Shown here: piece by piece, positions 50,463 to 61,262 of the stretch
How the letters are laid out: each line of letters begins with the position of its first letter
Numbering within the stretch: position 1 is the stretch's first letter
From: Mobula hypostoma
Lineage: Eukaryota
DNA: 64,000 bases
Reading direction: 5' to 3'
Assembly (NCBI RefSeq): GCF_963921235.1
Contig: NC_086107.1
Coordinates: 101,186,001-101,250,000, forward strand
The notes under the pieces: model-generated
Databases searched by the model: none
Told to the model about the DNA's origin: nothing
What the model saw: only the letters and a program-made list of their open reading frames with translations
Translations under genes and position numbers: made by a program

Positions 50463-50790
50463 TCCTCCAAGAGGACTGTAACCTTGTCGTAGGGCTTGGA
50501 AGCCCTTGTGCCTCGGTGACCCGGGGAGCTATGCTGGCGGGAGTCAGGCTTTATGCTTTGGCACTTGGTAGGGTCTCCCATGCCAAGCAGGTCAAAGGGT
50601 AGAGGTTAGACTAAGAGTGGTCCATCAGTCCTGCAGGTTCAAGGGTTCAGCTCAGGGCTAATGATCCTAACTGGTCAAAAACAATTGTCACGGAAACAGC
50701 AAAGAATTCTTCTACAACTGTATGGACAGACAGAGATGGAGAACCTTCATTGCTGTCATAAATGCCAGCGATGTAACGGCAGTAAGTAAG
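50463..50790 (+). mobile_element. Bipartite non-autonomous RTE element (5' UTR fused to 3' end)
   Basis: RTE-type 5' motifs accttgtcgt...gagctatgc...caggtc; 3' end DRQRWRTFIA...; (taag) tail. Confidence 0.6.
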
Positions 50791-51739
50791 TTCCCAGTGG
50801 TGCTTGGACTTAATTCTTCTCTCTCTCTGTTATTGTTTCTTTCTGCACGACTTCAGATTGCACAATTTTTGCACCATTCTGTTATTTTGTTCTTGTCACT
50901 GTACTTAATGGTGTATTCATTAATATCATTCACACTCTTTACTTCATGAGTTTCATACAAGCAAGGGAATTGCTTTGCATCCTGGTTTATATGACAATGA
51001 ACTACTTGGGAATTTGAACAACAATGATCAAGATGAGAAATCAGTTTGCGTGAACGGAGAGTTGCAGGCGAACCACAGAGGGAGACCTGAACACTGGTCA
51101 CATGAGAAGCTTCAACTTTAGTCCGGGTCAGACCAATGGGCAAAAAACACCCACATGTGAAATTGCTTCCAACACTATCAGTGGGCAGATGGATGAACAA
51201 GACAGAAGGCATGGAGGTCAGGACTGGGTTAACAAATCTTCCCGGTACACTATCTTCCAGCGTCGGTGAAGTTACCCAAAGGGATTGCGAAGCACAATTT
51301 AACTCCCTGCCCCACGCGTTTAAGGCAAAGATAGTGATAAAACTTGGTTCTACAAGTTGTTCTAAGGAAGGAAGAATGGTGTGAAGCTAGAGAGGTTTAG
51401 GAGTAGTGTTCAGGAGCTTAAAACCATGGGAGCCGATGGTACGAGATCATAGGTAGAGATGCACAGAAATAATCAGGTAACACAATAACCATGGACAGGT
51501 TTAATCTTCACGCTGATGGGACACCCAAGTTATGTTGCAGTTTTGGTTAGAGTATTGGGTTCAGTTCTGATTCCCTTATTATAGGAAGGATGTGGAAGCT
51601 TCAGAGAGGGTTCAGCAAAGATTTAGCAGGATGCTACCTCAAGATCCAAATGAAGCTGGTGCTATTTCATTACATTTTTTTTTAAGAATAAAGCATATCT
51701 TGAAATGTAAAGTAATAGCTCTAGCGTGTCCAATCCCAG

Positions 51740-52175
51740 ACAAGAGAAATATGCAGATGCTGGAAATCCAAGCAACACACACAAAATACTGGAGGAACTC
51801 AGCAGGCCAGGCAACATCTATGGAAAAAAGTACAGCGGGCGTTTCGGGCCGAGACCCTTCGGCAGGACCGAAGAAAAAAAAAACAGGAATAGATTAAAAG
51901 GCGGGGGGGCATGATCTCTGAAGAGGGAGGGATGAAGTAAAGTGCTTGAAAGTTGATAGGTGAAAGGGACAGAAGGCCATGGAAGAAAGGAAATGGGCGA
52001 GCAACACCAGAGGATGGGCGGGCAAGGAGATAAGGCAAGAGAGGGAAAAGGGGATGGGAAAAGATGACGGAGAAGTGGGGGCATTACTGGAAGTTTGAGA
52101 AATCGATGTTCATGCCATCAGGTTGGAAGCTACCCAAACGGAATATAAGGTGTTGTCCCTCCAACCTGAGTGCAC
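51740..52175 (-). mobile_element. Penelope-like element 3' fragment with a degenerate hammerhead (51833-51870)
   Basis: Collinear with 18125-18530; minus strand cggtc-ctgccga-agggtctcggccc-gaaacgcc-cgctg. Confidence 0.7.
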
Positions 52176-53199
52176 CTAGGCCCCAGTATGTGGTGGGCTA
52201 CTCTTCACTCCTCCATCCCAATGGGGTCGCCCCCCCCCCCCGCCAGTGGCTTTGTTTCTGCCCGCCGCCACCCTCACAACCTGTGACCCTCGCCCTACGA
52301 CCTCCCCCGGTCTCTTCCCCTCATCTTCGCCACCGTCGTGGAATAAGGTTGTTGCCTACACAAAATATGCCCGGTCGCCCCTCATGAGCTCGGGGTAAGG
52401 CCTGCTCCGGCCCGCCCGGAACCTGCTTCCCTCCCGGTGAGGAGATGTCCCGCTGGCACAGTCCGGGAGGACATGCTGAAGGTCGGTGCATCTAAAGCTG
52501 AGACTCCTTGGGGAAGAACCACGGTCAAGACTCCTGTCACTCCTGGACACCGAAGGACTGAACTCCCGTGTGACAGTCAGACACTTCGGGACAGGGGCGC
52601 GTTGTTACTGTACACGCGTCCGGGAGCGAGTGCCCTGGATCTGACTTGGAGACGGGAATCCGTGGCGGCCGCCATCTCTGCAGCCGGGCGCAACTTCAGG
52701 GCGAGCAACTTACTGAAAGGCAGCGCCCCAGATGTTGGGACAGAACACTGGTGCTTTATCCGGGGAGCTGAATAGGGCTTTCAGCCGCGGAGATATAGAA
52801 GGCTGCTCCACAAACTGGGAATAAAGCCTCATTAAGAAAGTGGTGTGGGCGACAGTGCATCGCTCAGCCCACTCAGAACCAGGGCTTGGGCATTGTGTCA
52901 GGATTCCCTGTAACAGCTGCAGGGAAGTTTCGGCAGCCTGGTTCCCGGAGGGTGTCAGGAGCCTCGCAGATGCATACCTGAAAACAGTCGCAGATTTCGC
53001 TAGATTCTCCCAGCCAGCCTCCAGCAAAACCTTCACCCTGACGACCCAATGCCCTTTAATCTCTCCTGCCCACTGCCCACTGCCCACTGCCCACTCACGG
53101 ACCTTTGCCAGGCCGCCCCCCACCACCTTCCGTAATTTAGAACTTGTTTTCTTCTCACTAAGTCTAATGAAAGGTCACCGTTCTGAGATGTGGATACAA

Positions 53200-53234
<35 letters not shown>

Positions 53235-54284
53235 AAATTCGGCAAATCAAGCAACGTCTGTGGGGGAAATAGACAGATAAAGTCTTGGTCTGATGAAGAG
53301 TCTCGGCCTGAACTATCAACTGTTGATCCCCCTCCATAGATGCTGCCCAGTGTTTCCATTTAAAAACTCATTTTCTCACAGAAACGTACTGCACAGAAAC
53401 AGGCCATTCGGCCTATCTTGTCCATGCTGGGCGAGATGCCTGTCCACTCTAATCCCATTTATCTGCATTAGGTCTGTATCCCTTTATACCCGGGGCTCCC
53501 AATCTCTTTTATGTCATGGGCCCCTACCACTAACCGAGGGGTCTGGACTCCGGGTTGGGACCCTCTGTTCTGTACCTTTCCCATCTAAGTACTTATCCAA
53601 ATGCTTTTAGACATTGTAATGGTGTCTGCCTCTACACCTCTTCTGGCAGCTCATTCTAGATAAGTACTAGCCTCTGTATGAAATACTTTTAAGTTCCTTT
53701 AAGATCAACTTTGAATCTCTCCCTTCTCACCTCCTCTGGCTCTAGTCTCCTCTGCCTTGGGCGGGGGGAAAGACTCTGAGGGCCTTCTCTGTCCCTCGTG
53801 ACTTTACAAGTCTCTATAAGGTCACCCCTCAGCCCCCTACACTGCAGTGAGAATAAACCCAGCCTGTGCAATCTGTTCGTTCACCTACAACCCTCCATTC
53901 CAGGTAACACCCAGTCCTCCCTGTGCTGGCAACCAGACCTGTGCACAATACTGTTCCGCGTGATGTGCAGCTACAACACGACTTCATAGGAAGAACACGC
54001 AAACTCTGAACGGACAACAGCCAAAGTCAAAGTTCAAAGTGAACTTATCATCAAAGTGCATATCTGTCACCATATACAACCCTGAGATTCATTTTCTTGC
54101 AGGCATACTCAATAAATCCATAGAATAGCAGCCATAACAAAATCAATGAAAGATTGGACGAACTTGGGCATTCAACCAGTCTGCAAAAGGCTACAAACTG
54201 TGCAAGTATTTTTAAAAAGCAATAAATATTGAAATCCAGAGATGAAAAGTCATTGAAAGTGAGTCGATAGGTTGTGGGAACATT

Positions 54285-54800
54285 AGGCCAGACTTGGTTT
54301 TCCGGTCCAATTCCTTACAGGTTGTCTACATTGTGGAACTCACAGTCCGGTGGGAGGAATCAGTGGTTGAAACATATGCATGCAAGAGACTTCGCTATGT
54401 AGATCTAGCAGCTGAAACTCAGCAATGGGGCTGGAAAACTGAAGTTTGTCCTATGGAAGTGGGTTGTAGGGGATTTATAGCCATATCCACCATCAAATTG
54501 CTGAAGGAGCTAGGGATCCATGGTTGAACTGTACGGCAAACCATCCGAGTCACATCTTTAGCAGAGGAAAGAAGCAGTCACTGGCTTTGGATCAAGTGAA
54601 AAGTCTTCTCTTGGGCTGTCAAGAGAGTGGGAGGACACAACGGGGGGGGGCAGGGGGGGTGACTCTGGGATGCCGGAAGTCATTGTCAAGTCCTCCAGAG
54701 ATGTAGTGGGCTAATCGATGAAACCTTGAGGAAGGAGGGTGCCCACTTGAAACCCATGGGTGCCAACCCTGTGCTACTCCCAACATCAAGGCAGTCTCGA
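54285..54800 (+). mobile_element. HERO-clade non-LTR retrotransposon 3' fragment (restriction-like endonuclease)
   Basis: RPDLVFRS...IVELTVRWEE...KRLRYVDL...GWK..VCPMEVGCRGF...SSHWLWIK. Confidence 0.75.
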
Positions 54801-54894
54801 GCAAGTGCTCAGGACCCATTGGCAAGAAGGATATTAACATCTTATCCTATGTTTTTTGATTTTTTTCAATGATGGGGAAAATGAAGTTGATTGA

Positions 54895-55420
54895 AGTTAT
54901 ACCCTCTGTTTCAAGAGCCTGATGGTTGGGGGGTAATAACTGTTCCTGAACATGGTGGGGTGGGTCCTGAGGCTCCCGTACCTTCTTCCTGATGATAGAT
55001 GCTGCCCTGCTGCGACAGCGTTTCATGTAGATACGGTCAATAGTGGGGAGAGCTTTACCTGTGATGGACTGGGCTGTATCCACTACTTTTTGTAGGATTT
55101 TCCATTCAAGGGCACTGGTGTTTCCATACCAGGCTGTGATGCAGCCAGTCAATATACTCTCCACAACACACTTAAAGAAGTTTGTCAAAGTTTTAGATGT
55201 CATGCCAAATCTTTTCAAAGTCCTAAGGAACTAGAGGCACTGCTGTGCTTTCTTCATAATTGTACTTACGTGCTTGGCCCAGGACAAAGGGTCTGAAATG
55301 ATAATATAGAGGAGTTTAAAGCTGTGGGCCCTCTCCACATCTGATCCCTAATGACGACTGGCTCATGGACCTCTGGTTCCCTTCCCTTGAAGTTAGTAAT
55401 CAGCTCTCCGGTCTTGCTGA
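54895..55420 (-). mobile_element. Rex1/Babar-type LINE 3' fragment
   Basis: RFGMTSKTLTNFFKCVVESILTGCITAWYGN...LQKVVDTAQSITG. Related copies lie at 16450-17200, 38640-39150, 43540-44020, 48950-49645 and 62760-63160. Confidence 0.75.
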
Positions 55421-56439
55421 CATTGAGTAAGGATTGAACCTGTGTCTCTGGTGCTGTGGGGCAGTGGCTCTACCAGCTGTGCCTCTATGCCATGCTCCTT
55501 TGAAATGTTGCTTGCTATTGTGTCTTTGAGCTGGACTTTGGTCTCCTTTCACAGCTGAGTGTTCAATTTCCACTACTAATGTACCAGAGATGTTGCACCT
55601 TGTGAATGGTACTATAAATGCAAACTGGTTGATGATGCTGCTTCCACTGCCTCTCCTTCGATGCACCTCACCCCCCAACCCCGGAGGGATCTGTTGGGAT
55701 GTGAAGGGCCCAAGTATGGAACAAGGTTCCTCCCGGCCTCCCACACTAAGTTGCTGAGATCCCAGCTACCCAATTTCTTGGTGCCTTCACCTGCCCTCCT
55801 CCTTCCTGAGGTGGGATCCCCTGAATGCATTTCCTTCTCTTTCTCCCTCTGCAGTCTCTCTCCACCCTCCTTCCACCTTCCCATCTACTACACCCTCTTT
55901 ATTCAATAACCCCTTGGACCAGCAACACCATAACTTTAGAATTAGAACATAGAACATAGAAGATTATAGGCCCTTCAGCCCACAAATTTGTGCTAACCCT
56001 TTCACCTACTCCAAGATCAATCTAATCCTTCCTTCCTATGTAACCCTGCATTCCCCCTCATCGATTAGCCTATCTAAAGTCTCTTAAATGTCCCTAATGT
56101 ATCTGCCTCTACCACCTACTCCGGCTGCATAATCCACGCACCCAGCACTCGGTTTAAAAAAAACCTTCCTCTGATTTCCCCCTCCCCATACTTTCCTCTG
56201 AACATCTTAAAGTTATGTCCCCTTGTATTAGCCAAGTTTTCCCTTGGAAAAAGCTTCTTGGTGTCCATTAGATTGATGCCTCTTATCATCTTATGTACCT
56301 CTGTCAAGACACCTCTTATCTTCCTTCTCTTCAAAGAGAGGAGCCCTAGCTCGCTCAATCTTTCCTCATAAGACATGCTGTCTTATCCTGGGACAGATCA
56401 TGTGTTTGAGAGGGGGTGACGGAGTAGCCGGGGACAAGA

Positions 56440-58430
56440 ACTTTAGCAGATGGTTGCAGGAGCCACTGGGCACTGACGGTAGAGGGTATAAATGTTCAGG
56501 GTAATGCCAATCAAGCAGGACTGCCTCGTCCTGAGTGGTGCTGATTTTCTTGAGAGTTGCGGGAGTGGCACTCGCCCAGGTAAGCAGGGAACCACTCCTG
56601 ACTCGTGGTTGAAAGGCATGGAGGTATCGGGGCAGAAGTCACTCACCACGGGATCCCCAGCCTCGGACCCCGTGCTCGTATAGGTGGTAAGACTCTCGTA
56701 TGAAAGCTGGCCGTAGCATGGCGCCGTTTACGGGCAGGAGTCCAGCTTCCCTTGGCAGAACGGAGAAGTGCCGCGGGGGTTCTAGAAGCCAGCTCCATCA
56801 CAGGGAACGACCCCCCCCCCAGCTTCGAGGGCATCTCCGAAAGGCCGAGCCTCAGGAGGGCAACGTCCTCCATTAAGGATGCTCACCGTCCGGGACATAC
56901 CCTCTTCCCGTTACTACCGTTTGGGAGGGGGCACAGGCACCCAAAAACCCCCACCCAAAGTTTTAGGAGTAGATACATGGATGATAGAAAAATGGAAGGT
57001 TATGTAGGAGGGAAGGTTTAGATTAATCTTAGAGCACGTTGAAAGGACAGCCCAGCCTTGCAGCGAAGGGCCTGTATGGGGCTGTAATGTTCTATCCATC
57101 GATCTATTTACTGATTTATCTACTTATTAATTTTATTTAATTTATGGTAATTATAATGGCTTGCTCTGTACTGCAGCCACAAAGCAGCAAGTTACGTGAC
57201 GTATGTCAACGATAATGAACCTGATTCTGATTGTGATTCGATTTCTTGCAGCGTGCGGGGACGGGCTGCTTCACCTCGCCGCCAGTTGTGAATGGGCGCC
57301 ACTGCGCGGTCGCCCTGAACGTCCCCTGACGGAAGGAGGGTCACTGAGCAAGCCGCTGAAGGTGGCCGGGCCCCCAGAACTCAAACAGTGATGAGCTGTG
57401 GCCGGGATGGTTGACCTCCAAGACCCACTCCTCCCATACCCGGTTTGTGTCTCAGCCCAATGGGCGTGGAGAGGACCTTTCCTTTGGTGGGGGAGTCTAG
57501 GACCAGAGAACACAGCCTCAGAACTGAAGGACAGAGACGAGGAGGAATTTCTTTAGCCAGTGGGTGGTGAATCTGTGGAATTCGTTGCCACAGACAGCTG
57601 TGGAGGCCAAGTCACGGGGTATATAAAGCAGAGGGTTGATAAGTTCTTGATTAGTAAGGGCAACAAACATTATGGGGAAAAGGCAGGAGAATGGGATCAA
57701 GAGGGAAAATGAACCTGCCAAGATGGAATGGTGGAGCAGATTCGATGGGCTGAATGGTCTAATTCTGATCCTGTGTCTTATAGTCTTAGGGTCAATGGAG
57801 TGTGATCTCTCTGTTGCCCAGTGGCTGCCGTGATGTTGAAGGCGGTCTCTCACATTGCCTCTGGAGTTCAGTCTTTGGTCCATGCTCGTGATGAGGTTGG
57901 GAGGTGAGTGATCCTGATGGAGCCCAGGCCGGCCACTGGTGATCAGCTCCCTGGTGGGTGAGTGCCATATAACAGCGCTGCTGACGGCGGCTTCCGGCAC
58001 AGCGAGTGTTGGGGCGTGGAGTGGAGTGGAGTGAGCAGGCTGCCATTATCTGGATTGGATTTGTCCTGCCTTTTGGGAATGGGGCAGACGTGGTCAGTTC
58101 TCCACATCGCCAGTGCCATGACCTCACTGGCCCAGCGTGACTGCGGGGGCAGCTAGTTCTTCAGAGGAGGTCCCCAGTACTCTAGCTGATCTCACAGCCT
58201 TCTCACCGCTCACCGCTGTACCCAGCGCCTTTCGGCTATGTCTTGGCTGAAGACAGGCTTTTCTGGTGGGAATCTCAGGAGAAAGCACTCGGTGAATACC
58301 CACTTGGTGGTCACGAGTGCGGCAGACTTTTCTCGAGCCCTGACCTTGCCGAGGACGGCACCGTCTTCTTCTGTCGGCAGTCTAATTGTTCCTGACTCGG
58401 TGTGGCGGGATCGCCAAGCTTTGATCTAAC
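56440..58430 (-). mobile_element. Old, heavily diverged CR1/L2-group LINE ORF2, split by younger insertions
   Basis: Minus-strand remnants CPIPKRQDKSNP, GLHQDHSPPNLIT...LNSRG and GGQPSRPQ, plus a later C-terminal segment; interrupted at ~56760-57235 and ~57445-57790. Confidence 0.6.
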
Positions 58431-58929
58431 TGGGGCTAAACATTGGCTGACCTTCTCCATTGATACCTCCTGACCTGCTGAGTTCCTTCAGCATTTTGCT
58501 TCTGTTGCTCTGGATTTCCAGCATCTGCTAAATTGCTTGCGTTTTGGATCTAATCCATCAGACGTGGAATTGCTTTCCTACCCACTCAATGTGACGGTTG
58601 CTGTTTTCACCCTGTGTTGCATCTTCACCAAGTTGACACCTTGCACTGGCAACATCAGAGGTCAGGGAAAGGGAGTAGAAGTGGGGCCATTTGACCCAGC
58701 TGGGATCTTCAACAATATCATGGAGAATCTGGATCTTCACCTGAAAACCCCTGCCCAAAATCTGAAACACTCAGCAGGTCAGGCAGCATCTGTGAAGAGA
58801 GAAGGACAGTCGACGTTTCAGTCTGTAACCCCTCGTCACAAGAGTATCATCGTTTCTGTCTCACTGTTTTTGATCCCCACAGAAACGTAAGTGCGTTGGT
58901 CTTAAATCCTCTCAACAAGACTTTTTTTT

Positions 58930-59590
58930 TAGATTATGAGAACACTCGGTCCTCTTTTATTGTCATTTAGAAATGCATACATGCATTAAGAAATGATACA
59001 ATGTTTCTCCGGAGTGATATCACAGAAAACAGGACAAACCAAAGACTAACACCGACAGAACCACATAATTATAACATATAGTTACAGCAGTGCAAAGCAA
59101 TACCATAATTTGATGAAGAACAAACCACAGGCACGGTAAATAAGGACTCAAAAGTCCCCGAGTTGATCGACTCCCGAGTCCCCGATAGCAGGTGGCAAAA
59201 GGGAGAAACTCCCTGCCATAAACCTCCAGGCACCGTCAACTTGCCGATACCTTGCAAGCAGCCGACCACAGCCGACACTGAGTCCATCCGTCCGAAAACT
59301 CTGAACTTTCGAGCAGCCCCTCCAATACAACCTCCCGAGCGCCATCCTCTGCCGAGCGCCTTCGACCTCTTCCCGGCCGCTGAAACATGCAAAGCTGAGG
59401 ATTTCGGGCCTTCAGCTGTGGAGATTCCGATTACCACACAGTAGCAGTGGCAGCGAAGCGGGCATTTCAGAAGTTTCCAGATGTTCCTCCGCACTCTCAC
59501 GTCTGTCTCCATCAAATCAGAATTGTGCACGGTCCCCTACTTGACAAATAACAGACATCACCACCGAAGTGGCCGCGCGCACTGCCACCT
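58930..59590 (-). mobile_element. Young, unclassified non-coding retroposon-like element (~650 bp)
   Basis: CpG-retaining 5' half starting aggtggcagtgcgcgcggcc on the minus strand; AT-rich 3' half with aataaaa near the end; no credible ORF. Confidence 0.5.
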
Positions 59591-61224
59591 TCTCCACGGC
59601 TCTCTGGGTCAGGACATCCCACACATTCACAGTCCTGTCTGACAAGAAATTCCTGCCCATCTGCGCTTCGTCCTGACACTTACCTCCTAACTCCAGATTG
59701 CTCCAAGATGGCCTCCCCCCACCATGATCATAGAGTTGTATAGCACAGAAACAGGGCATTCTGCTGATCTTTTTCCCTATCTACTCAATTCCCTTTGGAC
59801 TGTATCCATCTTTGCCCTTGCCTATTTCAGTGTAGAGAAAATTTATCTTAAACCTAGAGATGGTGTCTGGTTCTACCATCTCCTCTGGCCACGCATTTCA
59901 GATGTCAACTACCCTCAGTATAATAACTTCTCCCTCAGATCCCCTTTAAAGCTCCTTTCTCTCACCTTTAACCTCTGCCTTCTTGTTTTTGATATCCCTA
60001 CCACGTGGAAAAGATTCTGACTCTCTATCCCATCTGATTCTCTCATTACCTTGCACATTTGGGAAAGTTCCTCTCTCATTTTTCTACCTCTGGAGCTTGG
60101 ACCTCCAGCACGGTCAGCAGGGCTACTGACAAACTCTCTCGGGTCCTCCTGAAATAATTTCGAGAGAATCGCGGAATTATAGAATGTTTACATTGCAGAA
60201 GGAGGCCGTTTCGCCCGTCATATCTGAGCTTGTTGAATAACTTCCAAGTCTGATTCCACCGTCCACCACTCAGTCTGTAGTCCTGCCCTTCAAGTACACA
60301 ACCAACTCAAGTTCAAGGGTGAGGAGGTCTTTCCCACCCTCCCAGGCAGTAAGTCCCAAAACAGTCAGACCTCCTGCATGAAGAAACGTTTCACCATTTC
60401 CCGTCTAATCCCTCCTGCGCTCTGCTTTCTGACCACTCAGCTCAGGGAACAAGATCTCCCTAATTACCCTGTCCAAGACCCCCATAATTTGGTCTCAGTT
60501 GGACGCAAGCCCTTCCCTTCTTCAGCGAATGCCACTGACCTCTTACAATAGGACAGATCAGTGGCCAGACCATGTGACATAGCAGAATTAGGCCATTCAG
60601 CCCATCAAGTCTGTTCTGCCATTCTGCATCTGCTGAAAGTCTTGTGTTTAAGACTTCCCTATCCCTACCACTGACAGATAAGCTCACCACAAAATTGTTA
60701 CAACTTTTTGCAGCCTACATTTAAAATTAGCTCTGAAAAAAGTCAACAGATTCCAATGATTGCAAACCATACGATTTTACAACCACCTGTAAAAAAATCA
60801 TTTGCAGGATCGAATCTACATTTTACGTTTTGGTGAAGCTTCCCAATAATTTATAATCATTAATGGAAGAAAGTTATCATTTACCAGGGATAAGCAATTG
60901 GTGCTGACGGAAGTTTTAAGTTTGACTTTTCTAACCATGGTTGAGAAATTAAGACTGTGACCTGTTCAAAGAATTTTTGATGGTCAGGAGTTATTTATTG
61001 GCTTCCTTACATAGGGAATGGCATTCCATTACGCAGGTTATCTGATGGACATCCGTGAAGTGAAAAATCAGCTGTAATTTTTTTTCAAAATGCTGCGCTG
61101 GTGTGAAAGATAGAATCCCATGCCCTGATCTCTCCTCGTAACCATTGGGAAAGCTTGTGTTTAATAGGCTGAGAAGGTGTGACTAAGAAGTAACTTCAGA
61201 GCGATCCTCATCTTTTTTTCCCTC

Positions 61225-61262
61225 CAGTCCTGATGAAGGGTCTCGGCCCAAAATGTCGACTG
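61225..61262 (+). ncRNA. Minimal hammerhead ribozyme motif in a Penelope-type terminus (two CpG-decay mutations)
   Basis: CAGTC-CTGATGA-AGGGTCTCGGCCC-AAAATGTC-GACTG: perfect stem I (CAGTC/GACTG) and CUGAUGA; GAAAC has become AAAAT. Confidence 0.65.

Noticed and set aside
56647..56750. Apparent 104-nt minus-strand exon of a second gene
   Set aside because: It is collinear with the decayed LINE at 56440-58430; the peptide is unrecognisable and has no partner exons.
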